DNA of 64,000 nt from Laetmonice hystrix (Eukaryota). The translations under genes and the position numbers were made by a program. Positions 28,701-40,700 of this stretch are shown piece by piece. The notes below the pieces were generated by a model. The model was given only the letters and a program-made list of their open reading frames with translations. It was not told where the DNA came from and did no database searches. The stretch lies in the NCBI GenBank assembly GCA_965235115.1, contig OZ249443.1, positions 9,734,001 to 9,798,000 on the forward strand. The letters run 5' to 3'. How positions within the stretch are numbered: the first letter of the stretch is position 1; every line of letters begins with the position of its first letter.

Positions 28701-31700
28701 ACATTGGTGAGAAATTTCGCATTCTAGTCTCAGTATAAGCTTTGCTAGTTGACTGGCAATCCCCCCATACACCCACATCTACACAGAAAGCAGTCCATAT
28801 CCATTTATCACAAGGTTGTTTGAGAGCAGCTCGTATTCATGTCCATCAGGAAGACGAGATTTAACTTGAATGTATTATGACACGTGAGCCACTGAATATT
28901 CTGTTTGAAAGGGTTGGTGATGGTATGAGTTGCAGTCAATGCGGAGTTGAGTTTTGGCAAAAATTAGGTATTTGGCAAAAACGAGATATAACATACCATG
29001 ATGATGCGCGCACATTAGAGGGGATTCTCCCGTCGAATGGCGTAGTTGACAGGATGTCTCACATAACTCGGTGAGGTTCTTGAGATGCCAATGGTTTCTG
29101 CGCGGTTTCTTTTCTGGGGGGGGGGGGGGGGCACGATGGGCAATTCACTGGGGGATCCGGGGGTCCAAGGCCCCCCCTTAAGTTTTCCTTTTCCCCGCTT
29201 TTTTTCAAGAAGATGCATTAATCGGACCCTGATACCAGTATTCCAACAAAATTCTTTTAAAAAAGCCTCCTATATTGTACGTGATAGTAACATCGGGCTC
29301 AAATGGGCCTCCTTAGTCATCCAGGAACAACATTACGCTGGGCCATTGCGCATTGAAATAGACCAAAAGGGGGCAAAATGGCTATAATTGCAATAAAATC
29401 ATGCCGAGTGTAGCGAGGCTAATTTTTTTTTTCAGGTGGGCCCCCCTTATCAAAATCCTGGATCCTCCACTGGCAATTTCATCGTTATATATTCGGGCTG
29501 GGCCTTTAAACAGGTCGTACTGTTCCAGTTGAACTTGATACTAATGGAGCTCATTTACTGTGTAAAGCGTTTCATTGATCATGCAGATATTCAAGTCCTA
29601 ACGTCGATGAGAACCGGCAATGATTTCTTGTTTCCGATTTCGAATTGCGAAAGAGATCTCACGTAGCCTGTTCTCAGCCGTTCACACGAAGATAGCGTCG
29701 TATTTCCAACACATAAAAGGTATTCCGTGTTTGTGTCCTGACAGCCCGGAGCGGTGATTCCAGCCATAGGGCGCGCCTTTTTTGGGGAACTTTTTGACCT
29801 TCTGTATCGCTGACAGAAACTTGCCTTCGAGCGGTGTTCTGTAGTACTTCTCTCAGAAGTAAAACGAGGTCACATGTGTTCTGTTGTCCCGGCTTGATTC
29901 ATATTTTCATTTCCGTGAAAATCATCCAAAACCCGCCAAGTCGGCAACAGAGGCCATTCATGGCGAAAACAAGGTCAAAACCATTCTTCGTAATGGCAGT
30001 TGAGGGCAGAAGTGTAAACCGTAATATTCGTAACGATGACAACACAACAAACAATACCAGTTAAGGGCTGTAGAGCAACAACCGCTGGGGAAATAAGAAA
30101 TAATGATAAATGTTCTGTAGGTTTTTTTTAAAAGATTGACTCATGTGAACAATATCTTCCTGGATGGCGGAGAAGAAGAAAAAAAACGGTTCACAATAGG
30201 AGCTCAGATATTTTTCAGTTACACCTTTCTGTGAAGTCCTGTCGGTAGAATCAGCAACTTTGCAGGATGCTGCAAGAGTGTGCCATTGTGTCCCTTATAT
30301 CTCATATTTCTATAGAGGTTAGACCGAGAGAAAGAAGGATGTGTGCTTTCCGCCCTACCTTTTTAATCGTGGAGGCCATCATTGTGGCAGTCTTAGAATA
30401 ATCCTCCGAACCCATCTCACCAAGGAACTAAAAATATACACTCTTTTTATCATACGAAGAGGGTTTTGTTAACCTGAGCCCTTTTTGGGGGGTGGGGGGT
30501 GGGGGTGGGGAGGGGGTTGAGATTTGCATGCAGCGCATCACTGGGCCGGATGTTATAACAGGTTTGGCGGCGTTGTGGCACAGCCTCATGGGGAAAGCAT
30601 TCTCGGCCTTGTTGCAGTATGAAGAATATCGATCCAGGTTTCTATGGTCTTTGTGAAGATCAGGATCCATCCATACTTTGTTGGCTGATGAATTGCCTGC
30701 TTGGACAGAATACCAAGCCAATGTTTCATCTGGATCCCGGCCATATCACCTGAGTTTATCTTGAAAAGAGAACGAATTGCGTTTTATGAAGGTCTTTTTA
30801 AGGAAATAGGATCAGAGGATCTATCCGTGGAAATGCGAAAGTTGTTCCAGGCTGCTTGACGCTTGATTTACGATCCCAATCTGAATACGGAACAGATCAC
30901 CTTCGTTGATATGTGTGAGCCTATATGTAAACATATAAACATAAACATATAGTGTAAACATATAAACACAAAAAATAAAACATTTTATATCTTACCCTTT
31001 CGAGCTAAGACGTGTGTGCCTACATTTAAAACATAATTTTCAATATTTAATTTTGGGGAAGGACAGTAGAGAAATGAACTGTGGGAGCCTCTGAGAAAGG
31101 AGAGAGGAGACAGGAGGCGCGAGGCGATAAATATGCGTGGTAAATTGTTAAGGAGTTTCTCATGATTATCAACAAAGTCAAGTTATTAACCTTATGTTAC
31201 CTTAACACTAAAACTACTGGTAGCCCTCATATTCAGTAATGGCGGGCTAACTTCAGGGCCCATATAGTGTAGCTAGGATGAAAGATCGCAATCGAAAGTC
31301 TTGACAGCACACAGAACATTTATTGTCCTCTTCCTGGATTATGTCATAAGTTCATAGTTCGTAGAAATAGGATATGGCAAGAACGGATCTGCATTAATCT
31401 TCCGACTGACCTGGAGAAATGGTTTGAAGGTAAAACGCCCTGGGCGTTCAGAATGCGTGAAGATAGCTTTGGGGGCCCAGGTCAGGTCTGTATCGGTTCT
31501 AATCCCATACGTCCTCCGACTCCACCATTCTATCCGCTAAGGTTCCATTTTCACGACTTGTGGGCCCTGTCACTGTGTGAAAAGCCCCGTCAATAGATTG
31601 GCCACCGCAGCGCCACCATGTGATCGTGATAAATCAAAGCTGATTCGTAGCCGTGACACAAGATGTTTGGGGCGTACCAGCAGTCGACACTGCCCGGTCA

Positions 31701-34700
31701 CGACCAACAAATCAACGCTCAGGTGGTGAAATCTGCTTTAGAGAATCTATGGACGATGATAAAATACGCCACCAGACATGGTTGTACGTAATCTTTGATG
31801 GCTGGCTGCATTGAGGGGCTGGATGGAGCCGTCTTATCGTAGCAAGAAGATTTAAAAAGACTTTATCATCATTAGAAATATTGATTCCTCCCTGCAGATT
31901 GCAAGCTTCTGATGATTCTCAATCCACTGTATCAAAGATTATAATTCAACTCTTATTTTCTTTCTTTCTTTCCTAGAAAATGCTCAGGCACAAGGGTACA
32001 TTCGCATGAAACTCTTACCATTAACCGATCTTCATATGGTTTTCTTCATCTTTGTCCTTTCCATGCTTAAATATGTCCTTCATTTGTTGTCTTTCATTTA
32101 TCCAGGGCCTAATTGTATGAATTATGTCAGATCCCTTAAGAATTCGGATTTTTACTGATTTGACGTGAATCTTGATTTGATTTAATTATAATGTAATCAA
32201 GAATAGTGCATCTATGATGTTATGCTGCCATTTCCCACCCACTGTCTTCATTCAAGGGGTCGTCAGTGTTGAAACAGCCGTTGGTAACCTTAGGGACTTT
32301 AAATGACGGAGAGACTGTAGATCTGTACGGTTTAAACCGCACAATTACGTAACACAAGGGGGTCAGATCGCCCAATTACGTAACACAAGAGGGGGGGTCA
32401 GACCGCCCAATTACGTAACACAAGGGGGGGGTCAGACCGCCCAATTACGTAACACAAGGGGGGTCAGACCGCCCAATTACGTAACACAGGGGGGTTCAGA
32501 CTGCCCAATTACGTAACACAAGAGAGTCAGACCGCCCAATTACGTAACACAAGGGGGTCAGATCGCCCAATTACGTAACACAAGGGGGTCAGACCGCCCA
32601 ATTACGTAACACAAGGGGGGTCAGACCGCCCAATTACATAACACAAGAGAGTCAGACCGCCCAATTACGTAACACAGGGGGGTCAGACCGTCCAATTACG
32701 TAACACGAGGGGGTCAGACCGTCCAATTACGTAACACAAGGGGGGCAGGCGGCCCCATTAGGTAACACAAGGGAGTTAGACCGCCCAATTACGTAACACA
32801 AGGGGGTCAGAGCGTCCAATTACGTAACACAAGGGGGTCAGACCGCCCAATTACGTAACACAAGGGGGGCAGACCGCCCCATTAGGTAACACAAGGGAGT
32901 TAGACCGCCCAATTACGTAACACACGTAAATACGTAAATTAGTATTCTGGGATACTAATCTGTGCCAATACTTATACACCGTCAGACGTGTTGCGGTGGG
33001 TTATTCCCCCAAGATAACTTTCCCATAAAATTTTTGGGCAAGGGTTCTGGTTAAGGTCAGGGATAGGGTTAGGGATAGGATATGGATATGTTTTTAGGAG
33101 GTGTCTGGACCAGAGTTCACGGTTAGGGTTAAGGTCAGGGCTCTGGATCTTTACTTTCCACCAAATTTCGCAGGGTTTAAGTTATCATGGGTGATTTACC
33201 TTGCGTTGTGACAAATTTAGGCCTGATAGATAAAGGAGTAAGCGACTCTGGAGACCTTGGGGTGGCGACCAGCTGGTCAGCTGTAGATGCCTAGCGTGGG
33301 CTCTAGTGACTACTAGAGAGCTTCAGAAAACCACAGTTGATTACAGTGGGGTGCTTTCCTGATTGCTCCTGAAGGGGAAATGGGATTCCTGAATCCGGTG
33401 CCTACAGTTGGTTTACCAAGTGTGAGGACGTGGTAAATATTATACAGATTGAAAGACTTAGAAAGGCTTAGTATTCTGAGGTGTACGTTATAACTCATAC
33501 CGAACACTCAAACAGAAAATTTTAAAATTTGGTCCAAGGGGAGGGGGCGTGCCCAATGGGGGGATAAAAAGATTCAGGTCGCGGTCTCCAGAAAGACAAT
33601 GGTTCCAGAAGGAGCCTTCCATCGACTCCGTATAGATCGCCGTCTAAGACGTGAAGATTCCCTGTCAGCAATGTTATATCGAATGATATAATATTATGTC
33701 TTCAATGTCTAAAATGTAGGTTACGATATGGAGAGGAGCCTTCCCAGTATTATGACTCGAAATTGCCCCCACAGGACACTACAACAAGAGTTCCGGTAAT
33801 AGATATGAAGACTTTCTGTCGACTAAGCGAAGCCACTCGATAGATATTATGTATTGGGTATGGAGAAGCCCTTATTGAATGTTTCCCGCTGATGTACCCA
33901 GGGAGGATTATTTTCAGATAGGTTTTGCAAATATCCCCTTCAGGGTATCGAGTTGAACGAGTACTGCAGATCCCTGGGTTTGCCTCACCTCCATTACTGC
34001 CCCCAAGGCAATGACAGTTATCCCCGCTGACGGCAGAACTGATAAGACATCATCACCGAACACATCCGTCTTCTTTATGAAGATTCAGGTTACCGCTGGG
34101 CCAAGTACATTGAAGGGCAATGAAGGTCGTTCTATGGGTCACAGTGGGTCAGTCGGGGTTGTTTTCGGTCACCGCACAAGCTGTAGGCGATGGACTATCA
34201 ATAAGAGTTACTGGACATGGAGCTTTTCGCCCCGACTATAACATCGAAGTCTTGGAACAATTGAATAACTCAATTCATTGTAAATTTATATTAATGGCGG
34301 CAGCAGTCATTACTGCGTGCATCTTTCTGGCAGACATTTCTCAAAATTAATTAAGTGACAGCTGTGCAAACTCTTTAGTTTTCATTATGTTTGTATGTAT
34401 AATGTGTAACAGCAAGGTTGTTAAGAAAACTTAGTTTGACATTTTTATCCACAACACACCTCTAACGTCACAATGATGGAAACAGTGAAGGCTTATACTA
34501 TGTTTGTATATGACTAAACAAGGGTGACATCACTTTTCATCAAGACCACACCCATGAAGAGTTGGTTCACTGAGGGAATCTGAAATCTTAAAACATCAGA
34601 AGGAAACACGTGGCCACACATGCACGTTTTTTTTAAAGATTGTGATCCTTGCTGTGATGGTCTTTGAGAAGATGTCTGGCAGTGACAAGGTGTAGAATGG

Positions 34701-37700
34701 ATGAATAATCTTTATGACCTCGCCGGATACAGGAAGGACGCGGTCACTAAAGTGAGGGGAATGACGGGAAGCTCTGTTGTCGTGCGAGCAGTTCACCCCA
34801 TACACGTCATTGTCATCTCCACCCCATCACTCCACCCCCGGGTCCTACCCCCGACCCCCCCCCCCTTCTTCTCACATCGTCAGGAGTGTCACATGGATTG
34901 AGGTCGCTGCTGGCGACCAATGAAATGCCTCCGCAGAAAGTGCCGCGCTCCTGTTATATCCAGGGTGATGTCAGTTGACCTCGGAAGTCCTAACCACCCG
35001 TCAGCAGGTCAAATGAAGGCATTTAGCCAGCGATCAATAATAAAAACGTCACAATGACCTCAGTGTGGCCTGAAACTTTGTATCAAAAATGCTGACATTC
35101 AACTTCATTCACCCATCCTAAAAATACTTTCACGGAGATTTTCACGGTAGAGGCTTGCTAAAATATCTGTTAAAGGAAACATCTGATCGTTTTCGACGAC
35201 AGTCAGTGACGGTTCCAAGGGGGCGTTTGGGGGTTTAACCCCCCTCCCCTTCGGCAACCAATTTTTCTTTTTTCCCCAATAGAACTTTCTGAATTGACCC
35301 CCCCCCCCCAGCAAATTTCCCCCCACCCCCACCCCCTTACCAAAATCCTAGACACACCCCTGGAAGTCGATATAGTGGCCTTAAGATTATGTGGCCGAAC
35401 CCCGCCCTCCCTCTCACTTAGTAAATATGCGACTGCACCCTTCCCTGTCTCACTGTCGTCCTTCATACACGGGACTGTGAAACAGATGCCAGTCCCTAGA
35501 CTGCCTCCACTTTCACGTTCTCACGGTAACATTCAGCTGTTTAACAAACCAGTCAACTCTTCTATAAGAACGCTCTTATCAGACGAAGCGCTACCCTAAG
35601 GGAAACGGAGGGATTCTGTTGTTGCCATAGAAACAGGTAACACCGAGGAGGTTTAATTTGGCCTGGAACTAATCTAGGTGATGTCAAGGGCAAGCAAGTA
35701 GTTCCTGTAATGGTGGCGCTGCCAGCACTGCGAAAGGCGCACGGGTGGATTCTGGGAAGGCATATACCGGAAGTAGTGCCAGCTACCCCGGAAGGGATTC
35801 CAGGAACAAGTGTTTTCTTCCGGGTTCTCGCCCAAGACTCGTTTTCATTCCATGGACATCAACGTGATTTCTCTTGTATAATAAATTTTGTTTCAAATAT
35901 CACTTCGTTCGTCTCTCTGGCAGGGTGAGCGAAGCTTCTAGACACATACTGCAGAGTGGACGATCGTAAAGGTTAAGTTCCGAACTTCAACCGAGTCCGG
36001 ATTCTCGGACTAGACTGGGTGGTTTGTGATCGGGTATGGCATGATCACCTTTAAGTGGACGCCGTTCAGGGAAAGGTCAACAGATTTGTTTAATCTATAG
36101 AACGTTTAAAACTGAAAAATGCACGGGAAGTGGAAATAAGTTACAGAGGTAGTTTCTTATACAAGACCATTTCAAAACTGTTAAGTAATGAATCAATGGA
36201 ATCATTTTTCTTGTAATCTCCACTAGAAATTGAATTTATAGAATGAATGAAACTCCTCCTCTCCAGGCCTGAATCTCCTGTTTAATTTATTGAACAAATT
36301 TAACCCCTCCTCAGGGTTAATCTCGTGGTGTAAACGTCTTGGCCGAATATATATTCTCTTCTTTAATTTGACCTATCTCTGTTAATTTATTGGCCAAATT
36401 TAACCTCTTTTCCTCAGTGTTAACTTCGAGGTGTAAACATATTGAACGAATATAAATTCTCCCTTCAGTTTAACGTCTCCGTGCTAATATATTGGACGAA
36501 TATAAGCCATTGATCTTATCAGATAAAGTGATCAAATTCAGGCACATACTTCTTTAGAAAGAGAGCAAAAAATGTGGGAAAGATTCATGGCAAAATTAGA
36601 AATTAGACATGAAGACTGGTTGAGCAGATGTTGGCCGTAAGAGCAGGGGTGGGCGATCCCTTTTGGTGGCGGCCTAAAAAGGTCAAAGAACCCTGGAAAT
36701 TAAGCCTACCTAGATCTAGGGGGAGGTCAAACACAACCGGGTTGTGCATCCGACTGTACAATAGACAACGGCGCTAGACAGTCTGTTGCACTTGACCGTA
36801 AAGACTGGGAAGGACTATGTTTTTCCACATAACTCTATTTCGACGTAAAATAACATTTGAGCTCTCAATCTCAATGTCCAAATTAAGGGCGATTTTGTTA
36901 CTTTGAAATAGTCATGAGTTGCTTTAGAGTACCAGATGGTACTTTGCAGACTATGAACAAGTTGCAGGACTTGGCAATTAATTGTCCGTCATAAACAAAA
37001 AAAAACGTTTAATAAGGATTGCTACATAATATATCGTTAGCGTGCATGTAAAGACATCATTTACATGTTTATAATTTGCGTTTCTGTATTCAATAACGAT
37101 GTTTCTCGAAAGATACCGGCTATTTTTATCGGTCTCTACCGGAAAAAAAATCCATGTTCCATCTATGCACTCAGTACGGCAGCTTGGAGCCAGTTAAATA
37201 ACATGTGGCAAGGGTCCAACGTAGAGAAGAACATGAGAATTGGCGTGTCAGAATGATGGTAAAGAAAATACATTTAACAAAGCAAGCTGCCTTTGTAACA
37301 CAGATCTACAAAGACGTTAAATTGAGCAACGTTTTACTGTGGATGGGAAAAAGTTGGCGGATTAAACGGCTGGGATAACCTTAGGAATCGATAAATATTG
37401 CAAGAAGAAATGTGCATTTAAAGGATATAAATTTACCGTTACTACTGTGATAAGAGTAGACTTGTTGAGTGAGGTTCTCTCCGCGTGAATTATCAGGCGG
37501 CCATGACGGCAGCGGATGAGTCAGTGATGTCAATGGAAGGAACATTTCTAGTGTCAAGCTCAATCATGACTTCTGTCATCTCTGTGGCATTGAGTTACCA
37601 AGTATATTAGGCAGGTCCGTGTCAGACAAAGGCATGGCTAAGGTGGTTTAATTGCCAGGCACCATGAAAATTGATGGCCGTTTAATGAGGATCTATTTTC

Positions 37701-40700
37701 AAAACGGCATGGCGGAGGAGCTTTCCCACATAAGAGCGCTGATTGGGTTAGTCCAGATCAGACCATCCGGGATTTAATTTTCTGCTACAGCCGCGCAATT
37801 CCAAATTGTTCCTGGCTCAAGGCAGTCGGTGCCAGGGAGACATCCAAATGTAGAGGACGCTTGGGAAGGGACGATAGATGGGGCGCGTCATCATGAGACG
37901 CCAGGGAACGCGTAATCTGTATCCGGTCGAGAATATCGGAAAGTTACGCGAGAAATTTCTTCAAATCAGATTATGGATTTACAAATTACCGCATACATGC
38001 AATGTTTTAGTCATGCTCTGCATTTATTCGCGAACGTGAACATAGATCATGGATTATTTGTGCGACTTATATTAGTACAACGATGTGTATAGGCAATTCG
38101 CTGTACTTTGGTTTTTTTACAATTTGTTGTATCCAAACAATTTATCCTGTAATCTAACGATGCAGTTGCTGATACCTGTTAGAAAAAATTGAATTAACAG
38201 AAGGCTATGCAAAAGCTCCGTTTCAAAGGGTATCCACAATGTGAAGCCGGGACACAAGAAGTACACAATGTGCGTGCCGGGACCCAAGGAGTTTTCCTAT
38301 ACAGTCGGAGTATGTCTTTATGGAGCGTCAGTTGTGCTGAAACTCGTGCGTGACAGACTCAATTTGAGACTAGGAAAAGGTCCTATCGAGTCATCTGCTT
38401 CTTTGGAGGCTGCATTTTATAGAAGTTTTTTTAAATGATGACACCAGAGGATAGCTATATTACATCTCTCCGTCTACGAGGAGGGTATTGTTATATCATC
38501 ATTGCACCGTGCCTTGTAGCCCTTGCACGTTCCGATTTTGTCTCACTTTTATGTTATTTTCATCAGCTAAGGGGATTCAGCCACCTTTGTTCCACATTAT
38601 CGGAGTATGCTAATTTTTCCAGTACATGTATCTGTGTACTGGCGGGGTAAAAATACTGGGAATTGCTGCATATGGTTTCGTATAACTAACAGCTAACAAT
38701 CCATCAGTAAATCAGGTCAAATTGTTGATGAATGTACAAACGCCAGAAACCTAAGCCGGGCTTCATATATAGATTAAACATATTTTGGAAGTATTGTCTG
38801 GAAGAGCGATCAAACATCAGCACGACTGGTGACTGGCGTCATGGGTTTGGTGAGAATCTCGAACTCTCCGAGTCAGGAATAACTTCTAGAGAAACACAGC
38901 AACCCATAAAAGAACAATCTCGTTTGGTAGGAGCACACGTACCTGATTGACTAGGTGGTGGTTGTAGAACTTCTAGCGCTCTTGCACGTCAGGCCCGATG
39001 GATGTCCGAGAAAAGAAGGCTTCTTTCACCGGTGTGCGCATGATCGACGGGCCTGAGGAATTCTGGGCGTCAGGACGCGGGAGAAAGAACGATCTCTATC
39101 GATTGTCAATAGAATACTGATTTACCTTGTTCGGGAGGGTTGAAGCTGCGCCATGAAAAATCCAATAGTTTGGATTCATCACCTTCTCTAGTAGTATTCA
39201 ACAGTGTTCGAATATCTGGAATTTTAAACATTTAGTTTAAGGAAAGACACCTTTAAGAATGCTCAAACTACGTCTTAATTGTCTCCATCAGAATTAATGT
39301 AACCAATAATTAAATCGGCATAGATCGTCAGTATGTCTGTTTCACTTAGTTTTCTTATTTTTTTTATTATTTCTGTCGTGATGCTTATGAAATATTCATG
39401 AATCTGGTAACTAATGAATTTCATAGCTGATTGTCTATTCATAATGCAAACGAATCTGTTGGAATTCCTTACTACATATCAGGAAGTCTAACCCCCTCAT
39501 CGAACCACATTCATTTTAATGGGTTCGATAATTACCTTTTCAATTGTATCTTTTTATTTTACTCTGCTTCACAAATAAGAAACCTTCATATCTCTCTATT
39601 TGTGCAGCAAAGTGAACATTAATTGCACAGCTTTGGTACAGTTGGTATTTATGCATCCACTTGACTACACAATTTGCCCTGATTGGGAGAAACACTTTTG
39701 GTTGATTGTGAAGTCATATTTAGATGAACAATTTTTTTTCAAAAAAGGATTGATAGTATTTTGAGTCAAATTATTAAATGGTTGTTTTGATGTTTAAGGC
39801 GGTAGTAGTGGGTTAAGTGAGGAGAGAACCCTGGGACTTGGAATGGTAAAAGCCTAATGTGGTGTCGAGTAGGATCCTTGGGGCAAACAACGCCAAGGAC
39901 GGGGCTCCAAGGCAAACACGCCACACTCAATCGGTACCGATCAAAGTGGATGTTTCACGATTGTTTGCACTCCAATCAATGTCAAAGAAGTTTCCAAACA
40001 GAAAAAGTTTTCCCTTCAAAGATTTCGCTGCAGTTTCACTTTCAAAACAGCAAGGTGTTATCACGCATACATCCCTTAGGTGTTTGACATTGGTGGAATT
40101 GAGTGACTTTGAATGAAGAGGATAGAGGGTCGTGTCACTCTCTAACTAATGCCACTAGGATTAGAACCACGAAGGATCTCCTTAACACTGCCCACAATTA
40201 CCTGTCAGCCATATATGAAGTCGTAGCGCTTTCCACGGTCGGTTGTCACGTCGTGCGCAGTTCCCTTGACAACGAGCGACGGGAGGGACAATGAATCGCT
40301 GTTTCATTGGCGCTGCCCGGGCCCCGGGCCAGCCCTGGCGGTAGCCGAGGCAATTTTTCTCCATAAAATGAGAAATTCTGATCGCATTGTTATCAGGTGG
40401 TTAGGCCATGTATGTAGCTTCGAACAAGTAAAGGAATTGATGCATATTGAACAAGATTGTTGGGTAGAATATTAGTCGGGACAGCCAGCGTATAGAATTG
40501 GGAAACGGGAAAAAGAAGATGTCGATCCTGTTTCTGCAGAGAAATGTACCCAATACAGTTTCCGTCCGGTCTATCTTAAGAGAGGAAAAAGGCTATTTAT
40601 ACAGGAATTAGGTGACCTAGGTGACCAGATTTAATGGGAATCCGAGTCTTGGCTCATGATATGACCTGATCTAAACTTTCCTGTGACTGCCCACAATAAA

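Noticed and set aside
33040-33140. TTAGGG-like motifs as an interstitial telomere
   Set aside because: They are few, irregular copies (GGTTAGGGTTAAGG), more typical of repeat-element internal sequence.
40370-40520. RTE/CR1 LINE-like 'RWLGHV' motif
   Set aside because: It is a single short motif without a surrounding RT domain.
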